This document shows positions 53,155 through 64,000 of a stretch of DNA of 64,000 nt, in pieces. Origin of the DNA: Marsupella aquatica (taxonomy: Eukaryota > Plantae > Marchantiophyta); assembly GCA_973895155.1 (NCBI GenBank), contig OZ316898.1:20037292-20101291 (forward strand), in the 5' to 3' direction. Each line of letters begins with the position of its first letter. Within the stretch, counting starts at the first letter, position 1. A model generated the notes under the pieces. It had not been told where the DNA came from and ran no database searches. It worked only from the letters and a program-made list of their open reading frames with translations. Both the position numbers and the translations under genes were made by a program.

Positions 53155-56100
53155 AATGCATATGTTGAGCCGGATGTTGGGGTGTTACCACGAGCTATGC
53201 GCCAACACCTTGTGCAGGCCATGGAAGATTGGCGACATGCCTCTCTACCACCAGATGGCGATCCGGATGTTCCAGAGCAGGAACCAGATGCCTCCCAATC
53301 AAGAGTTGATGAAGATAGGGCCATGGATGACTTGATGCACCAATTCTATGACATAGAGGATGGTGATCATGACATGGCTGATGGGGAGAATATTGAGGTC
53401 CCACTTCCACATCAAGAAGGTTCAAGGAGTTCAGCCTCCAAACAGTGGGAGGAAGCACGTCAACATGCGCAAACTCGGATATTTGATGGATCACGCTTGT
53501 CTCGTCTTTCAGCAATAATGTTGTTGTTGAACTTGCAGCAAAGACATGGAGCAAGCAACCTACTTCTTGATGATCTCTTTCGGACATTGCATGATTGTAT
53601 CTTGCCAGAAGGAAACAACTTGCCAGACTCTTGGAAAGAGGCAAAGAAGGTGTTGAAGTCCATAGGTCTGCAGTACGAAGTCATACATGCTTGCGTGAAT
53701 GATTGCGTTCTGTTTAGAGGCACTTATAAAGATGCAACGTTATGTCCTACATGTGAGAAGCCTAGGTAACGTGAGGACATGTTGACGGGAAAAGTTCCTC
53801 AGAAGGTCATGAGGTACTTTCCTCTTATACCTCATTTGCGCCACCAATATAGATGTGCTGAGTTGGCTGAGTATATGGTTTGGCATTCCCAAAATCGCTC
53901 AGATATGAGTTCACAACCACCCACCATGCGCATGATGGTTGACTCCCCTGCAAACAAGTTTGTGGAGGAGAGATGGGGTGAGTTCCGAACTGACCCACGT
54001 CATGTTCGCCTAGGATTGGCAGCGGATGGCATCAGCCCATTTGCACTAGCAGGTAAGGCCCAACCATATTCACTATGGCCAGTGGTCCTTACTAATTACA
54101 ACATCCCTCCATGGATGTCCATGAAGAAGGGTCATTTGCTCCTTTTCATGATTATCCCTGGTCCTAAGCAAGTGAAAAAAATTGATGTGTACTTGCAACC
54201 ATTGATTGAGGAGCTACAAAAGCTTTGGAGTGGTGTGGATTGCTATGATGGTCGAGTGCAAACGGGGGGCTTACGTCAAGAATTTAAGTTGAAGGCCATT
54301 CTTATGTGGACCATACATGATCTTCCAGGTATGAATCTTTGTTAAATTATCCCTTCCCATAGCTAGGCAACCGTACCTAGCATACTTTGTTATGTATTGA
54401 GTTAGCTAGAAGCACATATATCTTTTAATAAACTTATTTACTTATGCATGGGATATATATTTATATGCAGGGTTTGGATATATTTCTGGCCTGACCACAT
54501 CAGGATATCGAGCTTGCCCAACTTGTGGACCTGATTTGGAAGGAATAGCGCGGCCAAAGTCAAAGACCTTGAGGAAGATAGTGTATATTGGTCACACCAA
54601 GTACCTCCCTCCAGACCATGATTGGAGGAGAGACCCCTTTTTATATGACACTGAGGATGGCCAACCAGACAGACGACCACAACCTATTCCAAAAGATCCT
54701 GCATATTGGAAAGAGGTATGGGAGAGAGTATCTAATCCAGATGACCCATTGCAATATGCCCGGTGTGGCATGACTTGTTTGTCTGCATTGTCACAACTGC
54801 CTTATTGGGCTGAGATGCCACTTAACCATTTATTTGACCCTATGCACATTGAGGGAAATGTTGGAAGGTCCTTGATTCGCCACCTATATGGAGAGAAAGA
54901 CAACAACTGGAGAGAGAGTTGTGAAGAGATGGGGATGCATGGCCCTCATGGTTTTTGGCCATCTATGGATCCCGATAATGCCCCCCTTACTATTCATCCT
55001 CCTTGGGTTTTGACACGAGGTGAGCGGACCGAGTTTCGCAAACGCATAGGGTCTATGCGATTTCCTACAGGGTATGGTGCCAATCTTCGCAAGGCATTTG
55101 GTGGACTTGACTCTCCAAAATGGCCAGCTTTCTTGAAGACCCATGATTATCATCGCTTATTGCAACATGTTATTCCAATTGCTATTATTGGATTGGGTAG
55201 TGAGGATCTTCGTGATGCCCTTTGGTCGTTGGGTAAGTTGTTGAGATGGGTGTGTCAAAAGGAGGTGAACGAGGATGAGGTTGCAGCAATGGAGGTGTTT
55301 GGAGTGGAGGTTGTGTGCAAACTTGAAAGGGCCCTTCCTCCTTCATTTTTTGATGGTCAGGTTCATTTTCTACTACATCTAGTGCGTGAGGTTGGTATTG
55401 CAGGCCCTGTACATTGTCGTTGGATGTACTGGGTAGAGCGGTACATGGGAGTGATGAAGTCCTATGTTTCAAATCGCGCAAGGGTGGAAGGTAGCATTGC
55501 AGAGCGTCATCTTGGAGCAGAGAGCATGTTTTATTGTACAAACATTATTGCTACACTTGATTCAAATGCTCCAAGCGGGTGGATAGATGAGGCATCAAGA
55601 GAAGCAGACTATGAGGATGACCGTTTGACAGGTGCAAAGGGAGAACGGCTTCTTGACCCTAGTGAGCGCACTAAACTCACTGCATTCATGTTGTATAACT
55701 CTCCAGAGATTGTTGGGGAGTGGACCACATTTTATGAGGAGGATAAGCACAATAGTCGACGACCACGCTTATTTCCCAAATTCCACATGTACATGAAGGG
55801 GAAGTTGTTAGAAGTGGATGCCTTGGTGGCTGTTGGGGAGAGTGTATCACACTTCCCAATGGTGACTGATAAGTTGCGCACCTTGGTTCATGGACCTCTA
55901 CTTACAATTACAACCAGGACTGCCATGTGGTCCAAGGGGAGACACTTTCGTGTGGAACGACTTGATGACAAGAGGGCAGCTACACAAGATTGTGGGGTGA
56001 TGGGTTGGTTCACCCAGGATTCTGTAAGTAGCAGATCTGACACAAATCCCATCCGTTCTACTATAGCTCACTATGGAAAGATAGAGGAGATCCTTGTTGT

Positions 56101-56422
56101 AAAATACCATGCGCATACAACATTGGAAGAGGTGGTGCTGAAGTGCAAATGGTTTTGGATGAATCTTGTTGGCCACAATCGAACATGTGAAGAGGATGCT
56201 TGCGGCTTCACACGACTGAAGACAGGGGCTGTCATCAGCTCAAATTGGAGGGCCTCAGATCCTTTTGCATTTCCTCATAATCTTGAGCAGGCATTCTATC
56301 TCCCTTATCCAGATGATCCTGAGTGGTCCATTGTAATGCCTTACATTCCACGATCCCGATCCATAGTCCAAGAACAGCCAAATGTAGTTGTTGTGGAAGA
56401 TTTGGAAAATGAGAACAACTAG
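53155..56422 (+). pseudogene. CACTA TnpD transposase (Transposase_21 + DUF4218 + DUF4216-like); intron 54329-54470; single premature TAA at 53767-53769
   Basis: IHACVNDCVLFR..CPTC, RHVRLGLAADGISPF, WPVVLTNYNIPPW, IDVYLQPLIEEL, WTIHDLPG|FGYISG..ACPTC, DPMHIEGN, LKTHDYH, PPSFFD, GPVHCRWMYWVERYM, EGSIAE, YGKIEEI, KCKWF, DPFAFP. Confidence 0.95.
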
Positions 56423-57532
56423 CTACTTAGGAATTTCATGGTAAAAGCTAGGTAGCTAGCACTAGCTAGACCTAATTAATGACCACTTCCCTCCATGTAT
56501 TGATTTTTTCAACATATATATGTTATCTACATTGTCATTACCATTTTTTTGTTGCATGTTACTTTACTTATATATACCACTTAAATCTCTGGGCTCTAGC
56601 TGTGGCTATATATTTGTGCTTTTAATATATATGAAATGAAAGCTTCCAATTCATTTCAAGTTGACCCTAGTTGAGTTCCCACATACTTCAAATGGAAATG
56701 GAGTCAAAAACCTATCGGAAACACAACATGCCTTAATTAGAAGCTAGGAAGATGATAAAACCCTCAAAAAACCCCGGCTCTACTGAAAACCGATATTTCC
56801 GATATTAAAAGAAACGGAACACATATGCCATACTACAGGTATCGGGAAACTTTTCCATCTTTATCACATCGGAAATGACGTCCGTTTGTAATGGGTTCGG
56901 ACACAAGTCAGAACACATTTCCGATTCCAAAAATATCGGAAATGTTTCGTCCCTAAGTTCATCGGAACCAACATGCGATATTTTATTTATCGGACGCCTC
57001 TTGCGTCGCGGCAGTCTCATTGTCCGATGCAGGTAGAATGGGAAATTCTCTGATAGTTTTTACATGGGAAACTATTTCCGATTCTAATAGTATGGGACAG
57101 TATGTGTCCGATGTAGAATTTATGGTAAATCCCCGATGCGGGGACAATCAGAGAGTACCGATCTTCTCTGTATCGGAAAGTGTTGCCGACCGAAAGAAGA
57201 GCATCGGAAAAACCCAAAATATGTACCAGTGTTTTGAATATAGTAGTCGCACTAATGGTTTTTTACTAAGATAGTAAATAATAAATTAAACTTGTACCTA
57301 CATCCCAACATGGCTGAATTTTTGAAGAATCACAAGCACATCTATCAAATTTGATAACATGTTTGGAATTTTGTTAAATCAATTTTGGAAATTTAACATT
57401 TTTTGGAATTTCTTGACATTATTTTTGGAATATTCATTACAAGTTTTGGAGAATTCAAATTCCAGTTTTAACGAATTGGTTGATATGGATATATACTCCC
57501 AAAAGACATGGATATATAATTATAAAGTCTAC

Positions 57533-60500
57533 CTTTTAGAGGACCTTCGGGCATCTTGGTTGAGAACAAGTATGTCAAGTCGGAAAAGAGAATCATGTTG
57601 TCAGCATCAAGTTTGTATTCCTTTAGTACTCGCTCTATTTCAATGTTGTTGTACTTAAGGACGCACTCACAGTGGTCAATGACATCCTCTTTCATATTTG
57701 CATAGGTTTTTTGACGTAATATTTTTGCATTAATCATGGCTTCCAATCCTTTTTAATTGGGGCATGTAGAATTGGTTGGATATAGTGCTCCAAAATATCC
57801 ACTAAGTTTGGCGTGATATGTTCGCTTACAATAGGCTTTGACCTTCACCCCTGCAGCCTAAAATTGTATAGTCAAGTTAGTGAAGAAATATGACAAATGA
57901 GGTTCAAGATATGGTGCATAAATAAATGGGGAAGAGAATTCAAGATTTCTTACCAAAAAACATTGAATTAAATTTCCACACTCTGCATGTTTTCCTGGGT
58001 CGAGGAAGAGTTTATTCAAGTACTCACAAAATGGTATACTCTTCTCGAATGCCATCGATCGCGCTGCCTCATCTTCATCAGTATCCTCAAAGTGTTTCAA
58101 AGTTCCTCGAGACAAAAATAATTCCTTAATTCTTTCTGTGAATGTATCTAAGTCGATAATTTTCACAAATTCAAAATTGAAGAATGCGTATGTCATAGTG
58201 TATGTGACATCTTCATCGTTGTTGAACAAGGACACATTTGAGATTTTGCTCCTACGACTCTGCACGTAGGTTGTTTGGAATGGAAAATATCCTGGGATGG
58301 AAACCAATTCCCTCATCATGAAAATTGATTGCACTAGATCAGAGATGTGAACAAAGACATGGTTACTTTTCCCCATCTCCTTCACTGCTTTCACGAATCT
58401 AGAATAGAAGGTCGCTCCAATGGGCCTTTCATCGCTTAGGATAGTGGAATCAAAGTAGATCAAGTCCACTCAAGGTCTTGAAGTGTTGACCATATGTTCA
58501 AAAAACTTGTCAGTTGTGAATCCTTTTCTTGAATGGAGGTGAAGAATTTCGCCAATCTTTGGTGGAACAAGGTTACCAAACTCATCGATGGACTTTTTTG
58601 TTGCAGCAACCAAATTCTTGAAGGCAACTGGGATCTCTCCTTTCATTCTACCACCACTTGAGCTCTTTTGTTGTGCCAATCTGATGAATTCCTCAGTAAG
58701 GCAACCACGTAACCTCTCCAGTTTCTCCTTTGTCAAGTGGTACTTTTGACACAGCAAGCCCATCTCATGCTTCCTTCGATTCTTCCAAAGTGAGTTGAGT
58801 TCCGTGCGCTTATTCTCCCAATGATCACCTAAGTATTCAAGCAAAAAGATTTGAAAATACCTCTTAGACTTCTTATTTAGACATAAGTTCTCCATACTGA
58901 TAAATTCCTCGGCAACATCTGCATCATAGTCTGCAGTAGAGGGCCTATTTTTTACACATGAGATCTTCTTTTTCTCGAGCAAGCATGAAGCCAATTTGTC
59001 AAGATCTTCTTCTTCCATTCCTTGTAGATCCCTGAAAAATCTTCTTGTCAACTGCCATGTTGTTCGTGTCTTGTAGTTACTGACTTCTTTTTGCAGTTTT
59101 CCATTAAATGAAATCAATTTTCCCTCTCGAGAATGCTCATACACACTCATCCATTTCTGGAAGACCTCATCCCTCATTGTAAAAATGAATGGACCTAGCT
59201 CATTAAAATGGAACGTCGTTGAGTTTCGCGCCCAGGGAATACCAATCTTTGTAGCTTCAAGAAATGGCTGCATAAAGTATTCAAAACATTTGTGTTAGAT
59301 CAATAGAAAAGGTTACAGTCCGCGGCCTGTGATAAACATTATTGAGATTACTCTCAAATTTTCACAGCATCTTTACTAGCTATAGATAAGGTTATAGCCC
59401 ATGGCTTGTGAAAAATTACCTTCCATTTGGAGCCCTTGGCTAACGCGCTGTCCTTTCGGGGGCAGCCAAACTCTTTCCAGATGGCACGAGTCTGTGAAGC
59501 AACAAGAGGAAATTTTTGCTCATCCAACCTTGTCTCTTGGATATTGTTGAGCGCTCGGGACAAGCCCATCAGGGTCACGTTGTTCTTGATGTTATAAGGA
59601 GCCCAAAACATTATTGCAGTGACCTTCCGAAGATCTTCCCAAAAAGAGCAAGTCCTCTCTTTGTCTACAAGTATCTCTTTATAAGCCATGATTGTGTGCT
59701 GTCCCCCAAGAATCCAAAAATGATAGTGGTCCTAGACATCAGAATGAGTGGGCTATTCTCCAAGTGGTGTTCCATAGTATCCTTCTTCTTTTCTTTCAGT
59801 GTCCCACTGGATTGGGACAAGGAAACACATACTTTTCCGAAAAGTTATTGCGGAGTAACCAAAAAATGAATCTTTCAATTCAACTGCATAGTCCTTGTCA
59901 TATTCCCGACATTTGACATGGTTGGGTGCGAGGTGGCATCTCTCAATTGGTACCTCAAATGTCTGGTTGTCAAAGATATTCAAAGGCTTGTAGTTTTCAA
60001 GGAAACTCTTGAACATAGCATTCACATTCTCTTTTGTGATTTCCTTTGGTGGATTTGTTGCCGTAAATCCACCCTTCTTGACGACACTAAAGATTTCTGT
60101 GTATGGCTGTTTACCTCACTCTAAAATAGCGTTCATGTATTGCGATATACTTTCTCCATCCTTCGATACTGGAGTGATAGGGAAGTTTGATCGTAGAGTG
60201 GATTCGCACAATTCAGGGCTCCCAACAAGAAACTCATCAACTTTGTTTTGTGAGAAGGAATGATATTCCTCTTTCCCAAAGCATAGTCCATGCATTTCTT
60301 TAGATTCCTTATCTTCAATCAAAACGACAACAGCTTCTTGTATGCATCCAAGATATATCAAAGTTATTCTTGAAAATGCATCCTAGAACCTCAGCATCCA
60401 TCACCACATGAAATATCTTCTTGTGCAAAAAGCATAGCCTTAAGCATTTGTTGAGGAACACCAATCCCCAAGAAATCACTGCACTCTTCTTCATCTCAAA

Positions 60501-61660
60501 GAAGATACTTGTTGTATCTGATACGATATCCTTCAAGCGTTTCCCCCGATATGACCTTATCATCTCCATTTTATCTAACTGCTCAACAGTTGAACTCTCC
60601 GTTTTGCTTTTGGAAGTGCTAGCCATGATCCCTGGAGGTCAATGACAAACAATATTAATATCCATTTCTTAAGGACCGAGACATTAAATTCTTAAGGGAG
60701 ACATTCCATTACCCATAAATTCTTAAGGGAGACATTCCAATTATAACTTGACATGCCGAAGGTCTGTCTCCCTTATGAATCTAAATTTTATGAATTTGAA
60801 TTGACACTTTTGGATGTGGTTATGGACCACGGCTTGTGACTCAGGTGATGATTAAAACTTAGAGATGCCACAGCCCACGGGTTGTGGCCTTGGAAAGTGA
60901 GGGAAACTCTATCTCAAGATGTTTGGCCATTTGAGTGAATTGACCGGATCTGCAACCTTGGGTAGGTGAGGTCCCCATTATTGGATTATAAAATAATCCT
61001 AAACCCTAAAATGTGACCTGCTTTGATGATTAATAAAGATGTTCGAGGCCACAGCCCACGGGCTGCAACCTCATGTGATGATAAAATCAAAGAGTCTAGA
61101 GGCAAGTGATGACTAAATGGAGAGAGGCAGATGATGACTAAATGTAGAGAGTCCACAGCCCGCGGCTTGTGACCTCAAGTGAGGTCTAAACATAGAGAGG
61201 CCACGGTCTAAACATAGAAAGGCCACAGCCCGTGGCTTGTGACCTCAAGTGAGGACTAAACATAGAGAGACCACGGTCTAGAAACGTACATAGAGAGGCC
61301 ACAGCCCATGGCCTGTGACCTCAGGTGAGGACTAAATTGAGAGGCCACAGCCCACAGCCTGTGACCTCACCTAAGTAAGGACTAAACATTGGGAGGACAT
61401 AGCCCGTAGCATGCAGTGACCTCAGTTGAGGACTAAATGTAGGGAGGCCACAGCCCACGGCCTGTGACCTCAAGTGAGGACTAAACGTATATATAGAGAG
61501 GCCATAGCCCGCATGACTTAATTACCACCTACAAAAGAGCTCAGTGAAAACCATACTTGTCTTTACAAAATTGGGGGACATTAAATCTTTGTTCCCCCTT
61601 CAATTGGGTCCCTTTGTTAAGTCTGTTTACTCTTGATGTAGGCAGAGTGATCACAACACC
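57533..61660 (-). pseudogene. 5' half of the outer cargo gene: ParB/Srx-like domain plus middle region homologous to the 41687-46721 gene
   Basis: FEVPIERC..CREYDKDY..FWILGGQHTIMAY, RAIWKEFGCP and TRRFFRDLQG align by eye with FGILVKNI..YRKINLSH..FAISGQHSALA, RNQYADFGFP and TVSNFRSLEG. The intron position is the same (WK|PF at 59420/59267 vs YK|EF). 59267-57533 is one frame with three stops. A small upstream exon may lie at ~61660-61557. Confidence 0.75.
60826..61515. repeat. Array of ~50-bp units with palindromic core GAGGCCACAGCCCACGGCCTGTGACCTC, in a probable intron
   Basis: About 10 copies, mostly followed by aagtgaggactaaac.tagagag. Confidence 0.9.
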
Positions 61661-64000
61661 TGCAAAAAAAGAGTTGTAGTGTGCACATCAGAACTGAATT
61701 AATATAGGGAAGGAATTTGACTATTTGGAGTATTCATGGGGAGTTGGAAATGTGAATGAGAAAATACAACATAACTACAAACTATCTTCACTAGAAGTCT
61801 GTCTCCACATCTGATCAGCAAAATATTGACAATAACACTTGGATGCCCTCTTAGTAGTGATGATACATATTCTACAATTTGAATTGCAAAAGTCACATAA
61901 AAATTACCTCAAAACTCAATCACTTTTTCACTTGCACTCAAGAAAGGAAACTTATCAAGCCAAATGAAATGGAATTATTCACATTTGCCCGGGCATTTGC
62001 CTTGAACTGCAGAATCCAAACAGACAGGAGTGATACAAATGTAAGGCATGAATTGCTTAGAACTAGTTGAGAATAGTTGAGACTTAAGCCTACATACAGA
62101 AACAAAAGTCACCTGTAGACTCAAACTTACTGATAGAACAACATGATCAAATCTTATACGATTCTAAACAAAAGTCGCATACTCAAACCTATAGATAGAA
62201 TAACAACGTCTACACATAGAACAATGCCGCCTCTCTTGACAATAGCGGGACATTCATGAAAATTTTGAAACTTTGTGCCGACAAACTCCAACACCTGAAC
62301 CCAACCTTGGGACTAGCAACCTGTACCTCAAATGGACATTTCTAGCTTGGCAAAGAGCCCTCCAAAGAAGCTTCTAGCAACGGACCATTTTAATCAACAA
62401 TCTCAACACATCCTAACATTGCACAAGACTGATTTGAACTTGTGGATGAAGACTTCACAACACAAATCAAACTTGCTTTTCGGTCCAATATGACCAGGCC
62501 AGTTAAAAAGTAGAGAACTAAACTTTTGCCCTTCCTGTCCGACCTCAACCACACTCTTAAAATTCTTTACCTCAAAATTGATTGGGCAATGAACTATGTG
62601 CGGGACTATGTGCCCCAACAATGTGTTAGAATTGGACAAGTAAAACCCCGCTTCATCAAGTAGACAGTGACAACTTACAAAGCATGGCGCCTGATCCTTG
62701 ACAATTCATGCAGTTGGAGCTCAATCTTGACGCTTCCTCACTTGCCAATAAAAGGAGACACAAAGCTCTTCTAATATGAATGCAATTATAGTGGCAAAAG
62801 AGACCTCAATGTAGAACTTTCCTGTGCAGCATAAAAACCATCCAATTGGTTTGATTGATGCATGAAAATATTGTTTGTGAAATACACAAATATGAAAAGA
62901 AATCTTAGGTGATGCTTGGTTGCAATGTTATCAATGAGTTTTGAATGAGGGACGAGAACAACTTTATTCCTTGAGCTGGACTCAACGACGTTGGGTTTGC
63001 TTTCATAGGGTACCTTAGCGAGAAAAAACAATCAGACTTTCAGACTTTTATTCCTGAGCAATCTATCTTTTATATATGTGGTAAACGTTACACAATCAAA
63101 CCTACTACTATTTTCATGTCAAGAATTCTCTTTCTTGTGCGATGGTTGTTAAAACTATACTTATTGGTGATGCACATCCATCAAGTTTGTCCACTCCGAT
63201 GTCACCTAGAGACTATTTGACAACATGACCAAAAGCAATGAGACTTTTATTCCTCGGTCTATCCTACAACTTAGTAAAAGAAGGTGTTATCTAATGATTG
63301 AATCCAAGCCATTTGGAATATTGCTAACATAATCTTACAATGATTTGTTTTGCTAAGACTCTACAGCCATTTCCCTGGATCAGCCTAAGATAATTCCTAC
63401 ACGACTTAGTTGACAGTCAGTAGGAAATGCACACGGCAAGATCGGAACCAAGATTTTGAAGAATCGTTATGAGCGTGCCGTGAGAGAGGAAGAAGATTCA
63501 TCATAAGATTGGATGGACATCAGGAAGGAGATGAGAGTATCTTAGGAAGCTGGAGAAAGGCAACAAGAATTAGTGATATTTTTTGTGATATCCACTAAGG
63601 CACGAGACAATTTTCATTGGGCCCTTATTGAAAGATGATCTCTCCCTCCCTAGTGCAACGGAATGGTGCACAATGCAACTAACAACGCAGCTACAGTTAA
63701 CATCTCTCAAGACATAGACAACACCTTACTATAGAGAGCTTTATGCGTCATTGATCTTTGAAGAGCTCGACAATTGATTTCTGATCAGACGCCAGATGGT
63801 CATAATAGTTCTTTTGGCATTGTGTCTCCCCATTGAATGTTGTTCAACGTAATTTAACTAAGTTTGGATTTGTTGAGTACAATAGTTGAGCTGGAGAGGA
63901 GAGGGTAGAGATAGTGGAGTGAGAAAATTGTTGTCTCTCTGCTGAATGCTACTCACCATAATTGAATCAAGTTTTGGACTTGCAAGGACAGAAGTTGAGC

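Larger units (their letters stand above)
46961..57231. mobile_element. CACTA (En/Spm) element, 10271 bp, autonomous-type structure
   Basis: Left end CACTAGTACATTTTGAGGCATTTTACCGAT; right end (reverse complement) CACTGGTACATATTTTGGGTTTTTCCGAT. TSD TTT at 46958-46960 and 57232-57234. Dozens of TCCGAT/ATCGGA subterminal repeats at ~46985-47390 and ~56710-57210. Contains a TnpD gene. Confidence 0.95.
33037..57484. mobile_element. Sola-type DNA transposon, ~14.2 kb after removing the nested CACTA
   Basis: TIRs ATCAACCAATTCATTAAAAGTGGAA (33037-33061) and, reverse-complemented, ATCAACCAATTCGTTAAAACTGGAA (57460-57484), 23/25 identical. 4-bp TSD ATGG at 33033-33036 and 57485-57488. TTGGAAT subterminal repeats at both ends. 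Encodes a Sola-like transposase. Confidence 0.85.

Overview
Eukaryotic genomic DNA, not prokaryotic. The introns and transposon content suggest a land plant, probably a non-seed lineage (inference). One intact host gene is present: an 8-exon WDR83/MORG1 WD40 gene on the minus strand (8571-11564). It is flanked by decayed non-LTR fragments, minisatellites and a Helitron relic. From ~20.3 kb to the window end lies a three-level nest of DNA transposons whose junctions can be read from the sequence. (1) An outer element carries a minus-strand ParB-like / acidic / 2x FCP1(NIF)-phosphatase gene (~61.6 kb to 21.05 kb). (2) A non-autonomous CACTA element (21321-30156, TSD ATT) is inserted in that gene's last exon. 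(3) A Sola-type element (33037-57484, 25-bp TIR, TSD ATGG, ~14.2 kb net) is inserted in one of its introns. It encodes a DDD transposase and, divergently, a homologous ParB-like + beta-class N4/N6 DNA-methyltransferase-like + FCP1 fusion gene. (4) A CACTA element (46961-57231, TSD TTT) sits inside the Sola element and carries TnpD, a divergent TnpA-like gene and an uninterrupted SET-domain exon. Each ParB-carrying element has its own palindromic motif scattered through its introns and spacers. This suggests a transposon-borne, sequence-targeted chromatin/transcription control module. All domain calls are by-eye motif recognition; no searches were run.
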